Of a stretch of DNA of 32,000 nt, positions 1-7,883 are shown piece after piece (positions within the stretch are counted from its first letter, which is position 1; every line of letters begins with the position of its first letter). The position numbers and the translations under genes are program-made. The stretch lies in the NCBI RefSeq assembly GCF_000195955.2, contig NC_000962.3, forward strand, positions 2,280,001 to 2,312,000. The letters are read 5' to 3'. Under the pieces are notes generated by a model, which was not told where the DNA came from, ran no database searches, and was given only the letters and a program-made list of their open reading frames with translations. Source of the DNA: Mycobacterium tuberculosis H37Rv. Lineage in GTDB: Bacteria; Actinomycetota; Actinomycetes; Mycobacteriales; Mycobacteriaceae.

Positions 1-124
1 GCCCGCAACTCCGCAAGCCTTGGTTCGCGTCGGTCTGGCCCCGGAGATGGAAGAGCCGCCACCGGCAACGCCTCGGCGACCAATCGATGAAGTGTTTCAC
101 GTTCGGGCTAAGGATCACCGGTAG
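1..124 (+). CDS. acg: 3' end (41 codons) of a plus-strand gene cut by the window edge; probably acg/Rv2032 (DosR-regulon nitroreductase-like protein)
   Basis: Frame 2 is open from base 2 to TAG at 122-124 (PATPQALVRVGLAPEMEEPPPATPRRPIDEVFHVRAKDHR*). The identity comes from synteny with the recognised downstream genes, not from the fragment itself. Confidence 0.5.
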   Translation, partial: PATPQALVRVGLAPEMEEPPPATPRRPIDEVFHVRAKDHR

Positions 125-239
125 CGGGCGCCGCCGGGACCGCGTCTAAGCACCGCAGCTGAATCGGGCGGATGATGTGTCGATGAGCGGATCCGGCGAT
201 GGCGACGGTGTCGCGCGGTTGGGCAGACATCTTCCGCGG

Positions 240-1082
240 CTATTCGTCCCCGGCCGGCTGAGTGACGAAGTCGATCAGTTCTTCCACCCGGCCGATCAAC
301 GCCGGCTCTAGGTCGGTCCAGTCGCGTACTTGCGAACGGATGCGCCGCCACGCCGCGGCGATGTCGGCCTGGTCGGCGTGCGGCCAGCCGAGCGCATCGC
401 ACACGCCGTGCTTCCACTCGATGTGCCGCGGCACCCTCGGCCAGGCGGCCAGCCCAACTCGTTGTGGCTTGACCGCCTGCCAAATGTCGACGTAGGGGTG
501 CCCGACGACCAAAGTGTCGGAGCCGCCCGGTCCGCGGCGCACCACCTCGGCGATGCGCGCCTCTTTCGACCCCGCGACCAAATGGTCAACGAGAACGCCG
601 AGCCGACGCCGCGGGCCGGGCCGGAACTTGGCGACGATCTCCACCAGGTCGTCGACGCCACCGAGATGTTCGACGACGACACCTTCGATTCGCAGGTCCG
701 CTCCCCATACCGCCGCGATGAGTTCAGCGTCGTGTCGGCCCTCGACATAGATCCGGCTGGCCCGGGCCACCCGGGCACGCGCGCCCGGCACCGCGACCGA
801 GCCGGATGCCGTTCGCCTCGGGCCGGCAGCCGCTGCGCACCGCGGCGCGGTGAGGATCACCGGCAGGCCGTCGAGTAGATACCCGGGGCCCAGCGGAAAC
901 CCGCGGGTCTTCCCGTAGCGGTCTTCCAAGTCGATGCGGCCATATTCGACTCGGACCACCGCACCGACGTAGCCGGTCTCGGCGTCTTCGACGACCATGC
1001 CGAGCTCGACCGGGTGCTCAACCGAGCGGGGCCGGCGCCGCCCGCCTGCGGCAAGCACGTCGGTTCCATAGCGATCCAGCAC
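240..1082 (-). CDS. conserved actinobacterial hypothetical protein (Rv2033c-like, DUF3097-type), 280 aa
   Basis: Full 280-aa ORF with GTG start at 1082 and TAG at 240-242. GC3 bias is strong. A -10-like hexamer sits 6 nt upstream of the start. An IYVEGRHDAELI...VLVDHL segment looks Toprim-like. Confidence 0.85.
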   Translation of the reverse strand: MLDRYGTDVLAAGGRRRPRSVEHPVELGMVVEDAETGYVGAVVRVEYGRIDLEDRYGKTRGFPLGPGYLLDGLPVILTAPRCAAAAGPRRTASGSVAVPGARARVARASRIYVEGRHDAELIAAVWGADLRIEGVVVEHLGGVDDLVEIVAKFRPGPRRRLGVLVDHLVAGSKEARIAEVVRRGPGGSDTLVVGHPYVDIWQAVKPQRVGLAAWPRVPRHIEWKHGVCDALGWPHADQADIAAAWRRIRSQVRDWTDLEPALIGRVEELIDFVTQPAGDE

Positions 1083-1088
1083 GCCGCA

Positions 1089-1094
1089 ATACTA
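1089..1094 (-). promoter_or_regulatory. -10 hexamer TAGTAT predicting a leaderless transcript for the 240..1082 gene
   Basis: The minus strand reads TAGTAT-TGCGGC-GTG. This is a TANNNT hexamer whose last T lies 7 nt before the G of the GTG start, which is the typical mycobacterial leaderless geometry. Confidence 0.45.
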
Positions 1095-1270
1095 GGGAGC
1101 CTCTCTGCCGGTCATCGCCGCGACGCGCCGCATGGGTTCTCGGAAAATGCTTGTACCAGTCGACTTTCCGGCGGGCCAACGTCGCCAACCGATACTCGGC
1201 TCCAACGCCATGGGTGACGGGATGCCCGGATCACGTGTCACACCACCCGCGCACCCTTGCGGAAGAATAT

Positions 1271-1290
1271 CCGTAAGTCTAAACTTACGG
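1271..1290. promoter_or_regulatory. perfect 8-4-8 inverted repeat CCGTAAGT-CTAA-ACTTACGG; probable operator of the adjacent ArsR-family repressor
   Basis: This is an AT-rich perfect palindrome in a GC-rich intergenic region, ending 3 nt before the GTG start (1294) of the ArsR gene. It contains a TANNNT hexamer (TAAACT, 1280-1285). Confidence 0.55.
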
Positions 1291-1293
1291 TTC

Positions 1294-1617
1294 GTGTCCA
1301 CTTACAGATCACCGGATCGCGCTTGGCAGGCGCTGGCGGACGGCACTCGCCGGGCCATCGTGGAGCGGCTGGCGCACGGCCCGCTGGCCGTCGGCGAGTT
1401 GGCCCGCGACCTGCCCGTCAGCCGACCCGCGGTGTCACAGCACCTCAAAGTGCTCAAGACCGCCAGGCTGGTGTGCGACCGCCCCGCGGGAACACGCCGC
1501 GTCTACCAGCTCGACCCGACAGGCCTTGCGGCATTGCGCACCGACCTCGACCGGTTCTGGACACGCGCCCTGACTGGCTACGCGCAGCTCATCGACTCCG
1601 AAGGAGACGACACATGA
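1294..1617 (+). CDS. ArsR/SmtB-family winged-helix transcriptional regulator (Rv2034-like), 107 aa
   Basis: The ArsR HTH signature is present (ALADGTRRAIVERLAHGPLAVGELARDLPVSRPAVSQHLKVLKTARLV). I chose the GTG at 1294 inside the longer 1132..1617 ORF because the upstream extension is non-homologous and overlaps the palindrome/promoter. The TGA stop overlaps the next ATG (ATGA). Confidence 0.85.
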   Translation: MSTYRSPDRAWQALADGTRRAIVERLAHGPLAVGELARDLPVSRPAVSQHLKVLKTARLVCDRPAGTRRVYQLDPTGLAALRTDLDRFWTRALTGYAQLIDSEGDDT

Positions 1618-2102
1618 CACGCCCGCGAACCGATGCCATCCACCACCACGTTGTCGTCAACGCCCCGATCGAGCGTGCGTTCGCCGTGTTCACCACGCGG
1701 TTCGGCGACTTCAAGCCTCGCGAGCACAATCTGCTTGCTATCCCGATCACCGAGACGGTATTCGAATGCCATGCGGGAGGCCATATCTACGATCGCGGTG
1801 TTGACGGAAGCGTGTGCAAATGGGCGCGCGTGCTGGTCTATGAACCGCCCAGCCGGGTGCTATTCACGTGGGATATCGGCCCGACTTGGCGGCCGGAAAC
1901 CGATCTGGCCAAGACCAGTGAGGTCGAAGTCCGCTTCACCGCGCAGTCCGCCGAGACGACACGCGTCGACCTCGAACATCGCCATCTCGACCGACACGGT
2001 CCGGGCTGGGAGTCGGTCGCCGACGGCGTTGACAGCGAGGCCGGATGGCCGTTATACCTACGCCGCTATACCGACCTGCTCTGCATCCAGGTGCAGCCAT
2101 GA
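1614..2102 (+). CDS. SRPBCC / AHSA1 (activator of Hsp90 ATPase homologue)-domain protein (Rv2035-like), 162 aa
   Basis: ATG at 1614 overlaps the upstream stop (ATGA). The sequence HHHVVVNAPIERAFAVFTTRFGDF...VRFT...TRVDLEHRHLD is typical of the START-like SRPBCC fold and is commonly paired with ArsR regulators. Confidence 0.85.
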   Translation: MTRPRTDAIHHHVVVNAPIERAFAVFTTRFGDFKPREHNLLAIPITETVFECHAGGHIYDRGVDGSVCKWARVLVYEPPSRVLFTWDIGPTWRPETDLAKTSEVEVRFTAQSAETTRVDLEHRHLDRHGPGWESVADGVDSEAGWPLYLRRYTDLLCIQVQP

Positions 2103-2740
2103 TCGCGGCAGACGACGATACCGAGAAGTCCATGATGGACATGGCCCGCGCCGAGCGGGCCGAACTAGCGGCGTTTCTGACTACCCTCACACTGCAGCAA
2201 TGGGAAACACCCAGCCTGTGCGCCGGGTGGAGCGTCAAAGAAGTTGTCGCACATATGATCAGCTACGAAGATCTCGGCGTTTTCGGGTTGCTCAAGCGCT
2301 TTGCCAAAGGCCGGATCGTCCGGGCCAATGAGGTGGGTGTCGACGAATTCGCTGGGCTCAGCCCACAGGAGTTGGCCGACTATGTCGGCCGGCATCTCCA
2401 ACCGCGTGGGCTGACAGCGGGTTTCGGCGGAATGATCGCCCTCGTCGATGGCATGATCCACCACCAGGATATCCGCCGCCCGCTCGGTCAGCCCCGCACC
2501 ATCCCCGCGCAGCGACTTGACCGCGTGTTGCGGCTGATGCCGAAGAACCCCAGGCTGCGAGCTCGGCCACGCATCAAAGGGCTGCGACTGCGAGCCACCG
2601 ACCTCGACTGGACAATCGGCACCGGGCCCGAAGTAACCGGGCCCGGCGAAGCCTTGCTCATGGCAATGGCCGGCAGGCCAGCGGCGGTCAGCGACCTCTC
2701 CGGCCCCGGAAAGCCCACGCTAGCCGGACGACTCGGTTAA
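2099..2740 (+). CDS. DinB-like / mycothiol-dependent maleylpyruvate-isomerase N-terminal-domain family protein (Rv2036-like), 213 aa
   Basis: ATG at 2099 overlaps the upstream TGA (ATGA). The motif AERAELAAFLTTLTLQQWETPSLCAGWSVKEVVAHM matches the actinobacterial TIGR03083-type DinB domain. Stop is TAA at 2738-2740. Confidence 0.8.
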   Translation: MIAADDDTEKSMMDMARAERAELAAFLTTLTLQQWETPSLCAGWSVKEVVAHMISYEDLGVFGLLKRFAKGRIVRANEVGVDEFAGLSPQELADYVGRHLQPRGLTAGFGGMIALVDGMIHHQDIRRPLGQPRTIPAQRLDRVLRLMPKNPRLRARPRIKGLRLRATDLDWTIGTGPEVTGPGEALLMAMAGRPAAVSDLSGPGKPTLAGRLG

Positions 2741-2746
2741 CGACAG

Positions 2747-3721
2747 CTACAGCGACGGCGTGAACGGGCCGCCGCAGTCAGCCAGACAATCGGCGTAATT
2801 CCAGTTCGCCAAGAACTTTTGACCCGCCTGAAATCCGCGTTGGTAAAGAGCCTCGCGTTGTTCGGCGGTGATGTCGAAGTCGATCGGACTCACGTCGTGG
2901 GCGGGCACGAAGATGGTGCGCCGAACGGTACACGGATCGTCGATGTAGGCGTTGTCCTGATTGCTCACCAGTGTTTCGATCGCCGCGATGCCCAACGACA
3001 CTGGCCCTTGGACCGGCCGGGTAGGTGGAATGCCCGGACGCGCTGACAACCTGATCCCGAACGTGGGCCATCGCGGTTCAGCGTCGGTTCGGTCGAACAG
3101 CGCCACCGGAAAGTTCGACAGCAAGCCACCGTCGACCCAGGTAGCGCCGCGCACCCGAACAGGCTCGAACACAAACGGGATCGCCGATGAGGCGTGCACC
3201 GCACGCGCCACCGAGAAGTCGTCCGGGTGGATGCCGTAGGAGTCCAGGTCCCACGGGATGCGAACGAGTCGGCGACGGGATAGGTCGCTGGCGGTGACCA
3301 CCAGCGACCAGGCGAACTGTTCGGGTGCCTCGCCGGTGCGCAAGTCGCCAAAGGTGTGCACGCCTAGGTCAGCGAGCAAACCGCCGAGCAGCTGTTCCAG
3401 ATAGGCCCCGCGGTAAACGCCGTCCGACAACAGCAGAGAAAGTCCCCCGCCGATCAACGGCACGTGTCCTATCAGATTGCGGTCGAGGAACTTCGGGTAG
3501 TCGATGCTGCGCATCATCTCGGCAAGCCGCGTCACCGGCTCACCGGCCGTTTGTAGGGCCGCGACCAGCGACGCGACGATCGCACCCGCGCTGCTGCCCG
3601 CCACCCTGGGAAATCGGTAACCGGCATCGGCCAGCGCGTCCACCGCTCCAACCAACCCTATCCCCCGGACCCCGCCGCCTTCACACACCAGGTCGACGCG
3701 TGCTGTGCTCACCAGCGCCAC
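2747..3721 (-). CDS. patatin-like phospholipase (Rv2037c-like), 324 aa
   Basis: All three patatin motifs are present: GGGVRG oxyanion hole, GSSAG nucleophile elbow (Ser codon 3590-3592) and VDGG catalytic Asp. The GTG start at 3721 lies 1 nt after the stop of the upstream ABC ATPase gene. Confidence 0.85.
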   Translation of the reverse strand: MALVSTARVDLVCEGGGVRGIGLVGAVDALADAGYRFPRVAGSSAGAIVASLVAALQTAGEPVTRLAEMMRSIDYPKFLDRNLIGHVPLIGGGLSLLLSDGVYRGAYLEQLLGGLLADLGVHTFGDLRTGEAPEQFAWSLVVTASDLSRRRLVRIPWDLDSYGIHPDDFSVARAVHASSAIPFVFEPVRVRGATWVDGGLLSNFPVALFDRTDAEPRWPTFGIRLSARPGIPPTRPVQGPVSLGIAAIETLVSNQDNAYIDDPCTVRRTIFVPAHDVSPIDFDITAEQREALYQRGFQAGQKFLANWNYADCLADCGGPFTPSL

Positions 3722-3722
3722 G

Positions 3723-4796
3723 TTAGCCCGGAATCCGACGCCCGTCGACGGCGAAGAAGTGCAGGTGTCCCGGTGTGGGACATAGCCGCACGCGACTACC
3801 CCGCTCGGGCGGGCCGCGGCCGTCCACTCGAGCGACGATTGACTGGTCCATTTCGCAGCCGCCCGACACGATTCGGCCATACAAGTAGGCGTCCGCTCCA
3901 AGTTCTTCGACCATGTCGACGTCCATCTCGATGCCGGCGCCGCCCAGCTCCAAATGTTCGGGGCGAACACCGATAATGACCTCGGCTGCCGTACCGACGA
4001 CCGCACGCGGCAGCAGGATCTGCCAATCACCCAGTGACACCGTGGAATCGGCGATGGAAAGCCTGAACAGGTTCATCGCCGGGGAACCGATGAACCCCGC
4101 GACGAACACGTTGCCCGGGTTGCGGTAGAGCTCTCGAGGCGAAGCACACTGTTGCAGCACACCGTCAGACAGCACCGCGACGCGGTCACCCATCGTCATG
4201 GCCTCGACCTGGTCGTGAGTGACATACACGGTGGTCGTACCCAGTTGCCGTTGTAACGCGGCGATCTGATTGCGGGTTTGCCCGCGAAGTTTGGCGTCAA
4301 GATTGGACAGCGGTTCGTCCATCAGGAATACCTGTGGGCGCCGCACGATCGCACGACCCATCGCCACCCGTTGCCGTTGGCCGCCGGAGAGATCTTTCGG
4401 CTTGCGATCCAGATAAGATTGCAGATCAAGCAATTTCGCTGCGGCAAGCACCCGCTCGCGGATCTCGGCCTTGCCGATCTTGGCGACCTTCAACGCGAAG
4501 CCCATGTTCTGCGCCACCGTCATGTGCGGGTAGAGGGCGTAGTTCTGGAACACCATGGCGACATCACGATCCTTGGGATCGACCTCGGTGACGTCGCGCT
4601 CGCCGATCCGGATACGCCCACAGTCCAGCGTCTCCAAGCCAGCCACCATCCGTAACGACGTCGTCTTGCCACATCCGGACGGCCCCACCAGGACAACGAA
4701 CTCGCCATCGCCGACGATCAGGTCGAGCCGATCCAGGGCCGGTCGGTCCGTGCCGGGATAGCGCCGGGTTGCCTGCTCAAAACTCACCGAAGCCAT
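3723..4796 (-). CDS. sugar ABC transporter ATP-binding protein, MalK/UgpC-like (Rv2038c-like), 357 aa
   Basis: Walker A GPSGCGKTT, signature LSGGQRQR and Walker B VFLMDEPLSNLD are present, plus a C-terminal MalK-type regulatory domain. Start is the ATG at 4796 (MASVSFEQATRRYPG) inside the longer ORF. Confidence 0.9.
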   Translation of the reverse strand: MASVSFEQATRRYPGTDRPALDRLDLIVGDGEFVVLVGPSGCGKTTSLRMVAGLETLDCGRIRIGERDVTEVDPKDRDVAMVFQNYALYPHMTVAQNMGFALKVAKIGKAEIRERVLAAAKLLDLQSYLDRKPKDLSGGQRQRVAMGRAIVRRPQVFLMDEPLSNLDAKLRGQTRNQIAALQRQLGTTTVYVTHDQVEAMTMGDRVAVLSDGVLQQCASPRELYRNPGNVFVAGFIGSPAMNLFRLSIADSTVSLGDWQILLPRAVVGTAAEVIIGVRPEHLELGGAGIEMDVDMVEELGADAYLYGRIVSGGCEMDQSIVARVDGRGPPERGSRVRLCPTPGHLHFFAVDGRRIPG

Positions 4797-4798
4797 GG

Positions 4799-5641
4799 TT
4801 ACCCGCCGAGCCCAGTCACCGCGATACCACGGACAAAGGAACGTTGTGCGACCGCATAAAGGATGACCAACGGCACCAGCATCAGCATCGACGCCGCCAT
4901 CAGCACCGGCCACCGGGCGACGTATTCGCCCCGCAATCGGACCAGGCCAAGGGTGAGCGTCGCCAGGCTGTTTCGCTGGATCATCAGCAGCGGCCACAGA
5001 AAGTCGTTCCACACGTTGACCCAGGTGAGCACACCCAGCACCAGCACCGCGGGACGTGAATGCGGCAGCAGAATCCGCCAGTAGATCTGCCACGGCGAGC
5101 AACCGTCGAGAATCGCGGCTTCCTCGAGATCGGTCGGCAGCGTGCGGAAGAACTGCCGCATCAGGTAGGTACCGAACGCGCTACCGAACAATCCCGGCAC
5201 GATCATCGCCCACGGCGTATCCACCCACCCCACGATCCGCATGAGAATGACCTGTGGGATGACGGTCACCGTCAACGGCACCATCAAAGTGCTCAAGTAC
5301 AAGACGAACAACGTATCGCGGCCCCGGAACTGCAGTCGCGCGAAGGCATAACCGGCCAACGAGCAGAAGAAGACCTGCCCGGCGGTGACACATCCGGCAT
5401 ACAGCACGGTGTTGAAGAACATCCGCCAGAACGGCATCAACGCGAACACCTCGCGGTAGTTGGACCATTGCGGATGCGACGGGAACAGCGTCGGCTCGGT
5501 CACCTCGCCGTCCGCCTTCAGGGAGCCCGACAGCGCCCAGATGATAGGGAACAGCGCGCACCAAGCGATCCCGATCAGTCCCGCGTACAGGGCAAGCCCA
5601 CGAATGAAGTGGCGGTGGACTATTCGATCAGCCCAGCCCAC
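4799..5641 (-). CDS. sugar ABC transporter permease (Rv2039c-like), 280 aa
   Basis: Polytopic membrane protein with the EAA loop (EEAAILDGCSPWQIYWRILLP). The GTG start at 5641 overlaps the upstream permease gene by 14 nt. Confidence 0.9.
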   Translation of the reverse strand: MGWADRIVHRHFIRGLALYAGLIGIAWCALFPIIWALSGSLKADGEVTEPTLFPSHPQWSNYREVFALMPFWRMFFNTVLYAGCVTAGQVFFCSLAGYAFARLQFRGRDTLFVLYLSTLMVPLTVTVIPQVILMRIVGWVDTPWAMIVPGLFGSAFGTYLMRQFFRTLPTDLEEAAILDGCSPWQIYWRILLPHSRPAVLVLGVLTWVNVWNDFLWPLLMIQRNSLATLTLGLVRLRGEYVARWPVLMAASMLMLVPLVILYAVAQRSFVRGIAVTGLGG

Positions 5642-6530
5642 GGGACGCCTCCCAGGAGCGCCGGTGCGTAATTCGCAACTGCAGCACGGTCAACACCAGC
5701 AAGATGGCGAACATCACCCACGCCAACGCGGACGCATAGCCGAATTCCAGGAACGAAAACGCGTGCTGGAACAGCATGATGCCCAAAACATAGGTAGCCG
5801 TCTCGGGACCACCGTTGGCACCGGTAAGGACGTAGACAAGGTCAAACGCCTGGAACGCGTGGATGATCGATATGACAACCACGAATGACAATGCCCCCCG
5901 GATCAGCGGTACCGTGATGGACACGAACTGGCGAATCTCGCCGGCACCATCGATCCTGGCCGCCTCGTACACAGTCTCCGGAACCCCCTGCATCGCGGCC
6001 AGCAGGACGACCGTGGCGAAGGGCACACTGCGCCAGACGCTGACCAGGCAAAGCGAGACCATGGCCCATCGGGGTTCGATTAGCCATGGGATGGGGCCGA
6101 TTCCCAGCCAGCCGAGCATGATGTTGAGTAGGCCATTGTCGGTGTTGAAGACGAACTGCCAGACGACCGCCATCACCACCGAGGAAATCGCCAACGGCAA
6201 GAAGACGACCGTCCGAAAGAGGCTGATGCCTTTGATTTTCCGGTTTAGAAAGGCGGCGACGACGAGGCTGACGATAACGGTCGGTACCACGGTGCCGACG
6301 GTGTAAACCGCGGTGTTGACCACGGCGATGAGAAACAGCGGATCAGAAGTGAAGAGGTTTCTGAAATTGTCCAACCTCACGAACGTCGCATGCGTAAACA
6401 AGTCCCACTTCTGAAAGCTCATGTACAGCGAGAATCCCAGCGGAAACAGCATGAACACCACAACGGCAGCCAAGTTCGGCGCGACGAACATACGCCCCGC
6501 CCACGCGCGTCGCCCCCTGCGCCGTGTCAT
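5628..6530 (-). CDS. sugar ABC transporter permease (Rv2040c-like), 300 aa
   Basis: Polytopic membrane protein with the EAA loop (YEAARIDGAGEIRQFVSITVP). Its ATG overlaps the upstream stop (ATGA at 6527-6530). Confidence 0.9.
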   Translation of the reverse strand: MTRRRGRRAWAGRMFVAPNLAAVVVFMLFPLGFSLYMSFQKWDLFTHATFVRLDNFRNLFTSDPLFLIAVVNTAVYTVGTVVPTVIVSLVVAAFLNRKIKGISLFRTVVFLPLAISSVVMAVVWQFVFNTDNGLLNIMLGWLGIGPIPWLIEPRWAMVSLCLVSVWRSVPFATVVLLAAMQGVPETVYEAARIDGAGEIRQFVSITVPLIRGALSFVVVISIIHAFQAFDLVYVLTGANGGPETATYVLGIMLFQHAFSFLEFGYASALAWVMFAILLVLTVLQLRITHRRSWEASRGLG

Positions 6531-7846
6531 GGATTGCGCAGCACTTCATCGACGGCCTGTGATAGCCCGGTCAGCGAGGTCGCCGGCCGGGATCCACGCA
6601 GCACGGGTCCGAAGTAGCGGTCCATCAGGGCGGCGATCTTCTCCCAGGCCGGGGTCACCGGCAAGCCTTCCGAATAGGCCGGCCCCTCGCTGAGCACGGC
6701 AAGATTGCCTACCCTGCGGTGGGCGTTGGCGAATCCGTGCGAGTTGATCGCCGATCTCAGCACCGGCACGAACAGGCGGGATTCGCCGATCAATGCCTGC
6801 CCCACCGGGCCGGTCGCGAACTTTACGAATTCCCACGCCTGGTCCTTGCGTCGACTGGTCGCCGCAATGGCCAGCCCGGTGACACCGATATCTGAACAGG
6901 CGGCTCGTCCGCGCGGACCGATGGGCAGTGGGGCGACGTCGAAGTCCAGACCGTCGGCACGGTCGAACGTCTGATATCGCCAGTGCCCGGCCAACGCGAT
7001 CCCGGCCTTGCCCACAGAAAACAGGTCCGCCGTCGACATCGACTGCTGCTCAGCAGCGCTGGGGGCCACCTTGTGCTTGTTGGTCAGGTCGGCGTAGAAC
7101 TGCACCGCTTCGAGGAACCCATCGTGGTCGAAATTGAGGTGGGTGGGATTCATCCGCGGAACCGACCACGGTACACCGTTATTCATGGCGAACAACCCGG
7201 CAGCGTAGAACGAGACCCACGCGTTGACGAAGCCCCATTGCCTGTCCCGTCCCGACCGGCCCTGCTTGGTAAGCGCCTGGGCGGCATCCAGGAATTCGGC
7301 GAAGCTCCATGGCCGTTCCCAGCTACCGGGCGGCGGTGGCACGCCGGCGTCGTCGAATAGCTGTTTGTTGTAGAACAAGAAGTTGCCGGACCATTGCTCC
7401 GGAAAGGCGTACTGGCCTCCGTTGAACGTGAAAGTCTCATACAGGGCCCCGATGCTGTCCGATTTCAGCTCCGCGGCGAAAGCCTGGTCGCGCGCCAATA
7501 GCGTGTTCAGGTCAAGCAACACCCCCCGGTCGGCCAGTTCGGCATAGGTCAGTTCCCATGCCATCAGCACATCCGGACACTTGCCACCCGCGCAAAACGT
7601 TGCGAGCTGCTGCATGACGCCGGGTCCGGACAACAGGGCCCGTACCTTGATATCGGGATAGCGCCGCTGGAATTCGTTGACGACGCGCATCCGGGGACGG
7701 AGCTCGTCCGGATTGGCTGCAAAAAAGAAAGTCAACGCGTCATCGTCATCGGCAGCACACCCAGCGGCCCAGGGAGCCAGCGAGGCCGCAGTAAGCGCGC
7801 CCGCACCCCGTAACAGACTGCGCCGCTCGAACGGCTTATTGACCAT
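6527..7846 (-). CDS. sugar ABC transporter substrate-binding lipoprotein with a Tat-type signal (Rv2041c-like), 439 aa
   Basis: ATG at 7846 is preceded by GGGAG 5 nt upstream. The N-terminus MVNKPFERRSLLRGAGALTAASLAPWAAGC carries a twin-arginine motif and a lipobox Cys. The body is a family-1 solute-binding protein. Confidence 0.85.
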   Translation of the reverse strand: MVNKPFERRSLLRGAGALTAASLAPWAAGCAADDDDALTFFFAANPDELRPRMRVVNEFQRRYPDIKVRALLSGPGVMQQLATFCAGGKCPDVLMAWELTYAELADRGVLLDLNTLLARDQAFAAELKSDSIGALYETFTFNGGQYAFPEQWSGNFLFYNKQLFDDAGVPPPPGSWERPWSFAEFLDAAQALTKQGRSGRDRQWGFVNAWVSFYAAGLFAMNNGVPWSVPRMNPTHLNFDHDGFLEAVQFYADLTNKHKVAPSAAEQQSMSTADLFSVGKAGIALAGHWRYQTFDRADGLDFDVAPLPIGPRGRAACSDIGVTGLAIAATSRRKDQAWEFVKFATGPVGQALIGESRLFVPVLRSAINSHGFANAHRRVGNLAVLSEGPAYSEGLPVTPAWEKIAALMDRYFGPVLRGSRPATSLTGLSQAVDEVLRNP

Positions 7847-7883
7847 CGTGCTCCCGATTTTGGGTCCTGTGGTACAACGACCG

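Noticed and set aside
330-878. A 182-aa plus-strand ORF antisense to the 240..1082 gene, and 308..778 on the minus strand
   Set aside because: These are off-frame products of a high-GC gene. The 280-aa frame has the coding-like composition and a matching promoter/start geometry.
3722-4030. Upstream extensions of several minus-strand ORFs in the track (2747..4030, 3723..5102, 6527..7999, 7884..8831, 9282..9881, 28131..31271)
   Set aside because: Each extension overlaps the 3' end of the preceding well-supported gene in a different frame and lacks homology-like sequence. Internal starts adjacent to the upstream stop codons give proteins that begin at recognisable domain or signal-peptide boundaries.
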